A stretch of 56,122 nucleotides of DNA, counting the filler, from Sphacelaria rigidula (Eukaryota): NCBI GenBank assembly GCA_964200075.2. It is 2 parts of 2 records of this genome, joined end to end, with 100 filler letters (N's around TTAATTAATTAA, not from the genome) between each part and the next. Parts side by side here need not be neighbours in the genome. Positions count along the whole stretch, not along the records: positions 28,148 to 56,122 come from CAXNAA020000106.1; 1 more part is not named here. One strand, written 5' to 3'. This document shows, one piece after another, positions 36,890 through 50,600 of this stretch (position 1 is its first letter; each line of letters opens with the position of its first letter). The notes beneath the pieces are model-generated. The model was not told the origin of the DNA, did no database searches, and saw only the letters and a program-made list of their open reading frames with translations. The position numbers were made by a program, and so were the translations under genes.

Positions 36890-37891
36890 ATGGCACGACA
36901 TGACGGCTCCGACTCAGACTACGATGAGGGCAACCAATCCACCACAGTGTTGGGCACCGCATCACACTATGCTCAATTGAAAAGGTTCTCGGCACGACTA
37001 ACTTATTGCATCCAACTTCAACTCAGGACGAATGTAAGTGTCAACGCCAAAATCATGGACACCCATCAACCCGCGGACCTCCACGCTGCCAATTTCTCTA
37101 GATAACTCAGCTCGACTCTTCCACCTACCTTCTGGATTCTTTGAAACGATAGCATCACACATGAATAAACTCCCGCCGCCGAGGCCTCTCTACGAGTGTC
37201 TGCCAGTTGAAGACAAACGCTATAGCAGAGCACGCGACGGCACATCACTAACTATTTGACACGACCCTCATCATTGCTCTTCCTGAAATATGTGATTTAG
37301 TAGCCCAGCAAATACCATGCAACGACACGAGCATCAATTCATAATGTAACCTGTGTTCCAATGTTGGGTTGAGCTTTTTAATGATGCATGTCCAAGTGCT
37401 GCCGCGTCCTTCTTTGATTGGACCTGGTCGTCTTTCACCATCGTGTGCACTTGCATTTCCGACGTGGCTGTCAATTCGTCCGTTCCACAAGAATCGTTCA
37501 CATTTCGTACTTTCTTCTCTGCAACATTGAACCCTTTTAACACCCGATAATATATGCACCGTCGTGTCTACACCGACACTCTAGCACGCGGGAAACGCTC
37601 CGTCTGCTTTCAACCACCCCCTGAAACAGTGTGCGTATATCGTCGAGCACGATTCGATGCCTTATGGGCCCTACAGATGCGGTACACGATCATGGTTGAT
37701 CGATCACATCGTCCTCCTCTTCTTCGACTTGGAAGGAAAGGCATCGCCGTAATGTAGATCAGGTGTCGTCTCCTGCGGTGTACAAGAAAGCGGAACAGAG
37801 GGCAAGTTCAATACATGAGCCATCTCTGGAAGATATCGGAAAGCAAAAATTTCGGTCGGAGCTGGTTCACGCAAGCATACAAGAATGGACA
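36890..37891 (+). CDS. Possible small spliced gene of unknown function (candidate exons)
   Basis: An ATG at 36890 (MARHDGSDSDYDEGNQ...) runs to a GTAAGT donor near 37034. A clean phase-0 exon lies at 37763-37891 (cag|VSSPAVYKKAEQRASSIHEPSLEDIGKQKFRSELVHASIQEWT|gtaagt). No recognisable domain. Confidence 0.3.
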
Positions 37892-38189
37892 GTAAGTGCC
37901 TTCCCATGGTTTCTTCACGTAGACAAAGCACACTACCAAGACTGACACAGACAGGAAAACTTCCGCCAGACGTTTTTCCAGTTAGCGTGGCAACTGAAGC
38001 CTTCAAACTGTATGAGAGAGTGAGGTGAAAGCTACGGAATATCTTGGGTCCTGTGTGCTTCGGTTTGTATTCGTAGATTCGCCGCGTGTTTTTCATCTCA
38101 TGTTATCAAAAGCTGCTGGCAGTACGGAGTGCGATCGGCATTCCCACCCGCACAAATTCAAGAGGAATCTTGACTGAGGCTACGGTATT

Positions 38190-39760
38190 CCAGGCAGAAG
38201 TCTCGCCCGTCCAATTCTTACTCGAATTAAATGGACGGGGAAAAAAGAATCGACAAGGAATTGAGTCAAGACGTCAAATCCGAGGTGCCTTTTTCGACGT
38301 TGATCCTTTCGTTAGAGAATGTTGAGAAAATCGCACTGCCGCTTCGAGGTATTGAAGGCGTGTGATGAAAAAGGCAACCCGGAAATCGAATCTGCGCTAT
38401 CGACTAGGGGGGACATAAGTAAGTTTTGGCCGGATCAAGCGACGTCAGTCGGGGCAACCGCCATGTGGTTTTAGCACGTCGACCGACGGGTGCTGCCAAT
38501 TTCATTTGAATTTAGAAACACCAACCGGCTGATGTTTCCCCGCTCTTGTTTCGGTTGTCTCAGTACATTCCAGACCTCATCAAGAGCCGAAAAACACACG
38601 TGCGACTATATAGAAAACAACTTCAATGAGTTTGTGTCGATTGTGGGGAAGCGGTCGCCCCGGTGGTTCAGTTGGTAACCTCCAAACTTCTGACGATTGG
38701 GTCATGAGTTTGAATCTCGGTGCAGTCATACGATCTCACATTTCTTCTGACACCATGCCCAACAGTGGACAACAAATACCAGTATGTCGTGAGTGCACGA
38801 ATTCGACTTCGCGGTCGAAGAGGAAAAAGGGCCGCTGACCTCTCGCGATAAAAAAAAGGCCAGTACCGCAGAAGGAAGGTGGAGTACCAACACAAAAAAA
38901 AAAACGGATGTTGGTAATCTTCCTGTGTGACCCCGCCTGATGCGGCCATATATACCGAAAGGTGTAGACTGGGGTCCAGAATAGATGGGACAACAACACA
39001 TACACACATGCGCCAATTGGGACCATGATCTTTCCAGGGATTGGGAAGTAGCCGTCCCCAGGGGTGGTAACCATCGTTTTGTCCTGTCGCAAACGCTAGT
39101 GCTCCTGACTATCCCAGGGGTATATGGTGAGAGTATCCATGTTTTCAGTACACTCATGCCTGCACAAGCATCACGTGGTCCGCCAGTAAGCCGCCGATGC
39201 GTCAAACAGCACCCTCTAGGTGAGGGTGTTTGAGGAGTAGATATGCCCATCTAATGGCCGAGGAGGGGAAGGATGGTTTCGAATGGGCAAGTAGGATGCA
39301 TACGATCCAGTGACCACTCGCGCGTGTTCAGGAGCATCGCCATTCGTATTCAACAAGCCCTGACAGTAAATCTGTTCCCAGGACGTACACAGGGAGGAGA
39401 TTGAACAACATCTTCTCCGAGGTGCCTGCAACTTCGTTAATGAAACATAGGGTGATACTGATTCGGGGAGATTGTACACTTTCTATTGGTACCTGTGACG
39501 TGTTCAGATTCATTGTTATCTGGCTGCAGATGGCTCAAACGTCTGATAACGCCGCCTTTCCGTTGAAATTGTCCACGAAGGGATGCGTTAATTTCAACCC
39601 CGGAGAAAGGGAAAGGGGGGAGAATGGGGTCATGAGGGAAGTAGCACGAAGTGGAGACGTTGTAACGATGGCCTCCGCGTGTTCGGGGGCATCGCCATTC
39701 GTGTGTAAATGCCCACGTAACTGGCGAAAACGGTAGATGACCACCCATCATGTCTGGGGA
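38190..39760 (+). repeat. Long non-coding dispersed repeat (putative non-autonomous TE), copy 1, containing a SINE insertion
   Basis: Colinear blocks shared with 55280-56122: CGACCGACGG, TGTCTCAGTACATTC, TCTTTCCAGGGAT.GG.AAGTAGCCGTC and ATGGCTCAAACGTC.GATAAC. Confidence 0.7.
38653..39007 (+). mobile_element. tRNA-derived SINE, family A, nested in a longer dispersed repeat
   Basis: Head GGTCGCCCCGGTGGTTCAGTTGGTAA...GAGTTTGAATCTCGG, shared body and a CA-rich tail. Confidence 0.8.
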
Positions 39761-41601
39761 GGGGATAGGACGGTTCCATCCCCGGGTGGGAACAAATGAG
39801 CGGGCGGAGATAAATGCTTCATTGTTCACACGTTGTACCAATGCGTTCGCATGTCTAGGTTCATCACCATTCATGCACCACTCTAAAACTGTAGATACCA
39901 TCTGTGTGACGCACAGGGAATCCCCAGATAATAAGAAGACATGTTTATCATTCTTCTTTCTTTTTCTGTATATCGAGTATCCCGCAAAAACTTTTATATT
40001 ATCCAAACATATTGCCATTCGCACGTTAAAGAAAAATATGGTGAATACCACCCCTAACTTGACGGTAGAAAGCAACCTTGGGAACGGCTATGTTCGCGTC
40101 CCCTGCGCTACCATGCACCCCCCCCGCCCAACTCCGACTTCACCAGTGTTGGTTATAAACTCCGGAGTACCATTTTGCGTAATCTATCAAACTTTGGGCT
40201 TTTCATGAGTTCCTTAATGTACTCAACTTGAAGATATCAAGGAGTGGCCTAGAATAGCGTGCCCTGACGCAAATGAAAAGACAGCTGGCCAAAACGAAGG
40301 GCCCCAACCCGTAGGCTCCATCGTGTTACAGTACTTCGGCTCAAACTCAACAGGTGCATGAACCCAACCGTGCACGCCACTCCATAAACCGGCTAACTCG
40401 TGACGAGGTATCACACCTCCCACTACGGCTTGCACTGTTATCGAGGCTGCCATGAGGACTTCATGTGCAGTAGTACCACACCTACCGGTACACAGTTAGA
40501 GCAAGTCCTGATGTACGGTGACTGTACGGTGACAGGATCATATAACACGATCGATATATTTTACCATGTATTATATTGCAATGTCCCACCAGCCTGATCC
40601 TGACGAAAATGCCTGCTTCGACATGTGTCGAAACCGCTCGCTGTAGACGACACATACGAGCTCGGTCAGCTTTCAAGCATTTTTTCGCGCCTGAACACAT
40701 TGGCATGGGCCGTTTTCAATACTTGCAAGCTGAAATTTTGACACAAGGTTAATACAATCAATACGCTAAAACGTATTTCCTTCACCAAAAGAAGAAAACT
40801 AGCGAGTTAGAGCCAGCTCAAGATTCCGACACAACGTCAAAATATCATAACTCAACAAATATATAGCTATATTTTGGCTGGGGTCATTCGTTCAGGACTT
40901 TTGACGTCTACCACGTACGTGTAAAACTTGAGCTCAAAACCCCTCAAATTGGGACGTGTATTCCACTTATTATGTGACACCGTTGCACACCGTTGTCCAG
41001 CTGATGAGAGGCTTCCACGAAGGCGGAGGGTCATCAGTTCGATTCCCGACAATTTTTGAAGAATGTAGTTGCATCGCTGAGATGATATATTATGCAGTAC
41101 ATTGTCCTTCATTTTCTTCTTGATCGACAGAGGGTGCATCAGTCAGTTGGTCGGCACTTCACAGCGATACAATCACGTTAATCACGTTAATCACGTTAAT
41201 TCGTGAGCTGGACAAATGTGAAATTCTAGGCTGGCTCAGCTCGTACTTTGAGTGCTCCCTGACTTGTACCCAATACTTTCCTACGCGCAAAAGCTGAGAC
41301 CGGCCGACGCAGTTTTCTGGGTGCTTTGAGCCAAGCTTGAGAATAAATCAGGGTTACACCTCCTGCTCCTCAACAGAGTACTGCGCCCTCGGCTCTAAAC
41401 TGCACCGCACCGTGGGAACGAAATCGAGCTCGGCCGAACGTACCACGTTCAGACGGACACAGAGCACTGAGAAGCTCCGAGTATCCAAAACTCGAAGTAC
41501 TTCTCGAGTAGTTTTGAATATTATGAGCAGCTTGGTTCACGGCACGTCAAGGATTGTATTGGGCTGAGAGTCGACCTGCAGTGTGCTGTGCTCTTGTAAT
41601 A

Positions 41602-44600
41602 CTATACAATTGAAAATTGTCGTTCCTTGGCGTGAAGAAGGGCCCGTGAGATGAAAGTGCCTTTTGTGACCTCCTTTGTAGGTTTGCACAGCAAAAAGAG
41701 CGCAAGAAGAAAAGGTGTGCACAACGACGCGGTTGTCCTTGCAAGGAACACGTGCTCATAATTTCGTCAGCAAGTTCTTCAGAATCACATGAAAAACTGT
41801 CGGTAACTGTTACGGTTGTTGTGCATTCTTCGGTGAACAGGCCTGCATCGAGCGAACATGCCATCATATTTCTCTGTCAAGAGAGCACGGCCAACGACGT
41901 CGTACAACACAACACTGGATGGACGCGGTGGATGTACAAAAGTATAACCGAGGTTGATGCCAATGCAAAATCCTGCGACAAGTTATTCACTAGTGCAATG
42001 TCAGACGATGAAAATGTACACGGGAGATTTGAATTACCTTAGGAGCGTCCACATCAACGTACGACACCAGACTTCTTGGGTCTCTCGCTCCCATGGGCTC
42101 AGCCATACCCCTGCCCATGCCTCGTCCTGCAAAACGCCCACCCCTCCCGCGGAAACCTAGTCCACCCCTTCCTCCCCTGAACGCCGGGCCGCCTCCTCCC
42201 ATCATAGGATCTGCCGTCCCTCGACATCGTTTTCACAAAATAGGGAGCGAGACGTGATAAAAGAGCTGCATAGATTACAGGGATTGCCCATGAGCGTTCA
42301 AGTCGTCGGCAACCAAGCTCACACAACAACCCACTCATCTCGCCAAGAGCGAGGCTCGCGTCCACACATCAAGTGTCAATCATGCAGCACACCACCATAC
42401 AGAAAACCGCTGCTTAAGCGCCTAATGAAATTGCACAGATGCGTCCAAGACTGATGACTGGTTTGTTTCGGGTTGCCGCAGACTCGAGATATTCACACAG
42501 GGGCACCATGGTTGCATCAATTCCTCTGACCTTGTGGGTAGTCTTTTCTGCGGCTGCAACGATAAGCGTTCACTCACCTTGCGGGGGTTGCATCTGCATC
42601 GGAGGACCTCCCATAGGGCCACCCATCTGACCCATCTGTTGCGGCCCAGGAGGAGCGATGGGACCCATCGGTCCCATAGGCCCCATAGGCATACCGCCCC
42701 CCATCATTTGATACGGGCCTCCCATGGGATTCATAGGGGCGGCCATTGGGTTGGCCATCGCTCCGCCGCCCATGGCCATGCCGTTAGGCATGAGCACGAC
42801 GGGAAGCGCATTGGCGTCTGCCGCTATGTTTGGCAGGGGTTTGTTGTCGTCTGCCATGAACATCTCGCGCACAAATGGATCCGAGACCTGATGGCGGTTA
42901 CCAACCGTGTCCGTGTGAATGCACCGAGAGTCGATGTTTTTGTTCCCGTAGCAAATGCACAAGCACGCGCATGTCATGGAATGGAATGGGATAGACAACT
43001 TGAGTATCTGCCGAAGCGTTTCTCGCAAAGCGGTGACAGTGGCTGGGGTATATGTCACACTTACGCAGGAGCGATGCAGACTTGAGTGTTGTAATGATAT
43101 GACAAAACTCGCTTCCTCACGTTGGTGGCCGTACGGAGGCATATAATTTCACGAAAGCGGGGCGCACCTCGTCTACGACGGCCTTGTGCTGCTCCGGGTG
43201 CTTGTTGATCAAATGCTTGTGAACATACTCCGGTGCCTTGAAAAGCTGGTAGACAGGAGGGGCGACGACGAAGCACAACAGCAGATGAATCGAGTTGCGA
43301 GTACAACGATCACGTCCAGCAGCGCATCGTAGTTAGGCTGATGACTCTTGCGACAACAATGACCGCTTGGCTGCATGGCACAATCTTAGCTTTCATCAAT
43401 GGGCTCAGCGACCAGAGATACCAAAAGTGCCCCCCGTTCCCTGTTAAGTCTCTCTTCTTTGCAAAGCACCAGCTTTCGGGGATTACACTTGAAAGACGGC
43501 ATACCTGTTTCACGGAACTCATGCAGTACGTTTCTCGACAAAAGACAAAGAAAGGTAACAGTTTCATGGGGCCATTCGGCAATTGATCATACCTTGTTGC
43601 AGTTGGCCATGTTACAGCGTGCATATCCTTCATCCGTACGGCCGGTGAATTTCTTCTGCCATCGCTCCACCTCCTGTCGAACCGGTCAACGGATTGACAC
43701 AATGAGAAAACCATGTGGAATTTCAAAAACAGTCACCTATGGTGTGAAAAAAAAAAAATGATCTTGCGAAGAACAAAGACATTATTACAGAGAAAAAACA
43801 TGATTGTATTCGGAACATGGACGATACGGGATGCAATTTGCTCGACGCTACGCAATAACCCCAACCAGCATAGCGACATCACCCCCGCACATATACGTGA
43901 GCGTGATCGCATGAACAACAATGCGCACTACGAGAGAGCATCATGCGGAGCTGAAACAGCGTTGCTCACCTTTTGGGCGCTCTCGTCCAAGCGCTCGAAC
44001 ACGGCTGCAAATTTCTTGTTTGCCTCTTCCGAGTTATGCGCCTCTGTTATCCGCGCGGCCACCGCTTTGTCCACTTGTTCCAGTGACTCCTTCGTTTTCT
44101 TGTGAGTTTTCGCCGTGTCGCCATTTGCAGCCGCTGACTCATCCGCAGGCGCCCCATCTGTCTTCTCCGCGTCATCCCCGTTGTCGGCTTCCATAGCTTC
44201 AGCCTCATCCATCACCTGCGTACAAAAAAGACATGCGTATAATATAGTTTTCTTCGCGATGAAACGCAGGCATTGTTCATGGTGATCAAAACCGCGTGAC
44301 CATCAATATCTGCACTAGCCGGATATGTGATCATCGTAACTTGACGTGTCATATTCTTACGAAGCTCTTCAGATAACAAGGTACACGGCCAAGACATGAA
44401 ATCGCATGAATCGGCCGTCCTCCTTGCTCACCTTTTCCACCTGTTGCTTACTAGCGGCCTCGGAGCCCCTGCAAGCGCTGCGGGAGGCGATCATGTCACC
44501 CTCGTCTCTGCACTGGTGTCCCCTGTAGTACACGTAAAAGTACACTCGCTTCAGGTAAGCACACACCAGGTCGAGCTTGGCGGTAGACAAAGGGGAGGCC

Positions 44601-47600
44601 TCGATCGCTTGCTGAACCTGTGCAACCACATCAGACGAGAGGAGACATGAATAAACAAACCAATACAATGACCGCGCCGCGGCATGCACAGGGTGGCTAA
44701 AGTTTGGTCGTACGGCACACGACACCTGAAGAGGTTGAATCGTGTCATGTTTGACGGCGTGGACGAGAGGAGTCACTCCCAATTCGAACAAGCGGGAATG
44801 TCGATCCCAACTGTCAAGTCGTTACGCTCGGCCACAGCAACACAAGGTGTTCAACAATCGTATTCGCCACCGTGATATCAAGCAGCAACAAATGACCTGA
44901 TCAACACTGCGCTGGTCTTGTTTCATCAACAAACCTCGGGCAATTGAAGAAGCGCATCGATGCTCTCGGGTTTGTCGGTCCGCGCAAACTCGACATCCAA
45001 TTCTCTCGCCAACGCCAAGCTCTGCTTCGTGTCGTGCAAGATACGAGCAGCCTGCGAGAAGCCGTGGTCGACGCTTATTGGCGCTCGCGGTTTGTAGGCA
45101 AAAGTCTTGAGGTCGAAAGACTTGCTGTCGCTGTCCCTGGATTTCTTTGAAACTGGCGCAACCGCCAGCAAGACAAACGAGGATGGGCGGGGATAACGTC
45201 AAATAGCGCCAAACGGTCAATTACTCCACATACTCCGCGACTAGTATGCGAACCCGATGTTACTACAACAGTGCGCACGCCACTTGATACCTCGCGTACT
45301 GTGATGTGCACACATTTGCAGCTCTCAAGACTTCAAATCTAAACGCGTGGCCGGCATGAGCTGATTGTACTGCACACCACATATTTCCGATGTTACTTAC
45401 TTTTGGCGAGCAGCTTGCCGGGTGGCGGCTTGTCGTAGACGCGCAGCTTGTTCAACTTTGAAGCGGCTGCGTTGGCCTTCCTTGGGGTGGCGTAGATAAT
45501 GTAGGCTTGACGAGCAAAGTCGTCGTTGCGACTGTTTGCAGCGTCAGATGCTATGATGCGCAGAAATTTCCCCCCCTCTTGTGCCACCTGTGGGTCCGAA
45601 ACAATATCACCATCATCCACGAGCAATGCAGTGTGTACCTGATGTAGCATCTATGCAAGAGCTGTAACAGAAACCGAGAGAGGATTTCGACACTGAAGGC
45701 ATACTACATTGCTTACTACTGGTGGAAGAAAAGTTCTGTTCGTACACCCGACACTCGCAAGAGGTATATATATATATATATATATATCACGAAAGAAGGG
45801 TACAGTACAATGCTTCTCCCTTCCTCTCACACTATTCACCAGTTGGCTTTATCGTACAGCATCGGCATCAGACTTCGCTTACGGTGTAACCCTCACCTTG
45901 ACAAACATGCAGCACAAGGCACAAGGCTGTTTCATGACAAGGTTGGGAACTGCGTGTAACAGCATGTGATTCGAACGACAACACCTCAAAACCAATACGG
46001 CACAACTGTGACACAGAACACAACACTATATTCGCAGCACAAAATGAGCCACAACCGCCGCGCTGACCACTACCCCTGGTTCGTATGGTGGAACTGGTCA
46101 CCACGTGCAAAACAGCTTCATTTAGTTGTGCACTTGAGGGAAGACTTCACACACACTTGTCCAAGGAAAGTGTGGGAAGTTGAGAGTATCGCACACTAAT
46201 ATACCATCACGGCTGTGAAAGACATTTTTGAGAGAGAGAATACAACTCCTTCTACCCGCATCGTTTGGGTGTACAACTCGTGCCACGTTTTGGATTAGAA
46301 ATCACGAAATCACCCTACGAGGAAGTTGTGGATGGCAGCCGTTCCGGTGAAGAGAACCTTGCGACGCGGCGGTTGTTGAGTTCCCGATGTAAGCTACGAA
46401 GACAAGTCAGTCAAGCCGGGTGCGGCTCATGTCTCGTCATTTTCTGCTGTTTTGAACGTCAAAAACGGTCTAAGCGCATGAAAACGGTCGCGATTCACAA
46501 CCCAATTATGTGCGCCCTCCGGTAGCTATCACTACAAGTAGATCATAGGAGATTTCATCACAACTCAAACTACACAATATTTTCTGCTATTTTTTTTCGC
46601 GTGGGCCATGTATTAGGGGTGACTCGTGGGCCACGCATCGTCCACCATTTCTGCCACAACTGGAAAGCACCACATTCTACGTTCTACTGCGTGCGCGGGA
46701 GACCCCCACACATTCGGCTACAAGGTGTGGAGCAGCTTGTGTGCCTAGGAAGATGGTAGTGGCTGTCCGCGAAAGGATGAAACAAAAAAGAGCACGAAGG
46801 CAAACAATACGTGCCCCAAAGGCGTCAAACGCACACGAGTGTATTCAACGGGTTCATACCCTGAACAAAAGGACACACAATCATAAAGTGTACTGCGTAC
46901 AGTATCGACTATTGCGCCTGTTGCAACAGACAATAGATATACCATACTGTACGCAGCATATTTTTTTACAACATAATCCATTGTCGAGGGTGTGAACGCG
47001 TTGCTCATCAGGTCCAGACGGAACCGTCCCCGGTAGCCCTGCGTACTCCTCAGCACATGAGTCATATTAATGCGGTCCGGTCAAACGGTTTAAATCGCGC
47101 CTACCTGACGTCCGAGGACATCCGTAGAAATCCATGCCGGGATCCGGCGTATGAAGACCACTCTGTCGACGTGCTCCACGAACTCCTTCGCGTCCACCTC
47201 CTCCTCCTCCGGTAGCACGGCCGCCTACATCAAAGTAAAAAGCGTGAAAGCCAGACGAACATCAGACCGGCGTACAAGCCACATGAGACAATAGGCATCA
47301 CACCACGTGCAAACTCCGTACACTAGCAAGTTAAGGGGTCAGTCTCGCAAAGGCGTGAAATATGCGGCGAGATCTGACTTGTGGTCGTTACACTATCCGA
47401 GGACGTTCAAGAAATTCAGCACAATTTTGACCTTGCGAATTCAGCCGTGTTTGGTGCATCACACGGCGAACTCGCCCCCGCCTGCTAGGATGGCCTCCTT
47501 GTGGGCTAAGCGCCAATTTCAAACCCACAACACCTACCTATGCGGAAGCCATGGAATTCGTTGATCCAAGGTTGCAACTCTACTGTATGGGAAAGCATTG

Positions 47601-50600
47601 CGGGTGATGCTTTTATCGATACTAGCGGCTCGTACTACCAGCATACCGCCACGTGCACAACATGACGCACAATATGCGTGTTTAACCAATCAAATGACCA
47701 GCGTACAGCAGTAACCAAGAACAAACGGCCGAAAGACCAGGATGAGTCACTAAGAAACATTTGACCATGAAAAAACGCGATTTGCCTCGTCTTGAATTCC
47801 TTATCTGGGCTGTAGCCATTCATTTTTGCTGGAAACTCTGCGACCCTGCGAACATGCCCCTCTTATTCGTTTCTCATCCAAACATAGCCCAACCAGATGG
47901 ACTCCGGCTGTTCTTCTTGGCCAGTTCGTCTTGGTTTAGACAGTGGAAAACTGCCCTGTATAAATCGCATACAAATGATATACGACTTGTTGAATCTTCA
48001 TTGCAAAGTAAAACTCTCGCAACAACTTTTTAATGACACAAGAAAACAAAGGGGGAGGGGGTGTTCGCATGGTCACAGGCTTTTCAGCAATTATGAAATG
48101 CTACATACCCAGACGCTGGAATTCAAGATTAGTCAAATTGCGTGCACTTATTGTTGATACTCCCCCTGCCCCCCCCCCTGTATAGCCCAAAACTGGCACA
48201 AAGTTGTCGCAAAACTGGCACAATATTGATCGCAAGGTGGATTAAAAACGTTAGGCCGCGTTCTCACGGTTCACGAATGGCCGGCATCAGAATCTAGATA
48301 TCAAACCCCTCACGAGATCGCCCCCTTGATATGATCGACGTGACGCGATCAGACTTTCCACACAACGACTTGTTGAAAATGACGTATTCGACAGTTGATC
48401 AGTCCTCTTATCTTGCGCTCAAGTTCCCCTAGAGACGTAGCGTTGAAGACCCCGACCCCGTCAATCTCCGTCAAAATACTAACGCGTGCATGAGAACTAT
48501 CCCCCGACTGCAGTACACTCCCCCCCCGCCCATCAATGGCCCGAGCTGGTCACCGGTAAAACAGAACGTAAATATATTCATCACAAGAAATAATCTCCAA
48601 GAATCGCACCTCGACCTCCATATCGCCGTTCTGCTCCGTTGCGCTTGCAGGTTCCCCCTCTACATCAGCGCTTGCACCCCCCTCTGGTGCCGCGCCGTCC
48701 TCACTAGATTCCAGCTGGCGCTTCTTTTTCTTATCTGTAGTACCCCAGCGTTGTGACTGGAATGACACACATGACAGTCGATTACCCACGGTATAACGTT
48801 GGTATCATTCTGTTGCCGACTATTATAGTTGCCGACTATTATAGTTGCGACCTCGACATCGTTGGAACAAAATGCGGTTGCCACCATCCGCACAATGTGC
48901 GACGAAAACATTAATGAGGCACTCGTACAGCGCATCGAAATATTACACTGCATGCCTGCGGCACGTCGGCACGAGGGCACCTCGAGGCGGACATGACCCG
49001 CCTCGTCAGGGCGACAAGCCCATTTTGTCTGGGTAATGCACGGCAAAAATAACATACCTCTGTGATGGGTTCCAGGGACGCGCTGCTGAGGAAAGCTGCT
49101 GGATTGGACGAGAGTTGCTTGGCAAGCACAGCCGATTCTGATTCAATCCATTTGACCTTATCTTCTCGCTTTTTGGCGATGATCTTGGGGTGGTAACGTT
49201 CTTGGAACCATTCCTGGAGCACGGCAGGAGACCAGCACGAAAATGGCAAATTCGCGAGATTTTACAGAACCGCGACCATATAACGACAAAAAGACGGCCG
49301 CGCTGCCAGGAATCAGGTCTCAGCGACTGGAATGCGGCTCGCCATTGTCGCACAAAATTTGTGTGCCCGCACGTGTCACGGATCCAACGACATTACGCCT
49401 TCTCACGACATGCCAAGCGGATCCTGCACGTCTTGCGAGAAGTTTGTCATATCCAACGTGCTACCGACGCGTGGATTGTCCAAGAGGGGGAAACAGCAAG
49501 TTATATATTATGATGAGCCAGCTCACCTCCTTCCGATGAACGTCAATGAAGCTGTGCGTGAGGCGCTGCATGTAGTCGGCCTTGTAGTCCTCGTAGCGCT
49601 CCTTGCACTCCTCTGGAGTCAAATCTTCGCGCTGCTCAGCCATGAATGCCTGGCAAAAGGGGGAATGGGGTGAGGTGACTTGGAGAAGGAGCGATCTTAC
49701 TTCTGTAACATTACAAACGACACCATATCAACTAACGAAAGTACGGGGCAGTAGCAGCAATAGCACGACATGAAGCCAACAAACAGTCCGCGAGGCTGAA
49801 GCTGGAATGCGGTGCGTGGACAACCCTCGGGATCACTTCTTCCCTTTTTCTGCTCGTACTTTTGATCTCCTTCCTTCTTCTCTCGGGGAAAGTCAGCGGT
49901 TTAAAGGTATTTCACCCATCTCTCACCCAGCACCTCCCTTGAACTATATTTTTGACAGTGGCTTAATGCCCTCTCCTCCGCCCGTCTATTTTTACGAAAT
50001 ATTATCCGACTTTCGTTCGCGTCTTTGGGCCTAAGAAGCCAAGGAAAATATGCACGTTTGGATCTAAACCACGAATCCGTCAGGACCAATCTTGATGTTG
50101 TGGTTTGACCGCTGAACCGCGCCACCATATAACAAGATACCAGTACACTGGGCCAATCGTACCGAATTACGCTCCTCATGGAAACACCGTTCTACACACG
50201 GGTGTTTGTGCCTCGCACCTATATCGCAGGTACAACAACTAGTCGTGGTAGAGGTGGCATTTTCAAATAATGTACTGACTACTACATTAAAAGCAAACTG
50301 TAACGAGAGAGTCCTGCACATACATGCGGACGTCATGTTCACCAAACAACATGCGTGGACCACGGCCGACTTTAATTTGACCAAGCAAACGTTTGGTGGG
50401 TACCTTGAAGGTGATCATGGGCAAGATGTTGTACAGACGGGTGTGTTGAGTGTCTCCCTTCGCAATGGTTGGTGGGCGGTGTGGAGCAAACACCATCTGT
50501 CCTGGTGCTTGGTGAGGGAACATTCCAGGAGCCTGCTGCGGCATCCCCATCATCCCGGGGGCTACACCACCCGCACCCATTTGCCCGCCCATAGGTGGCT

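Noticed and set aside
38193..38325. Candidate terminal exon for the 36890 gene
   Set aside because: It lies within the dispersed repeat that is also present at 55280 onward.
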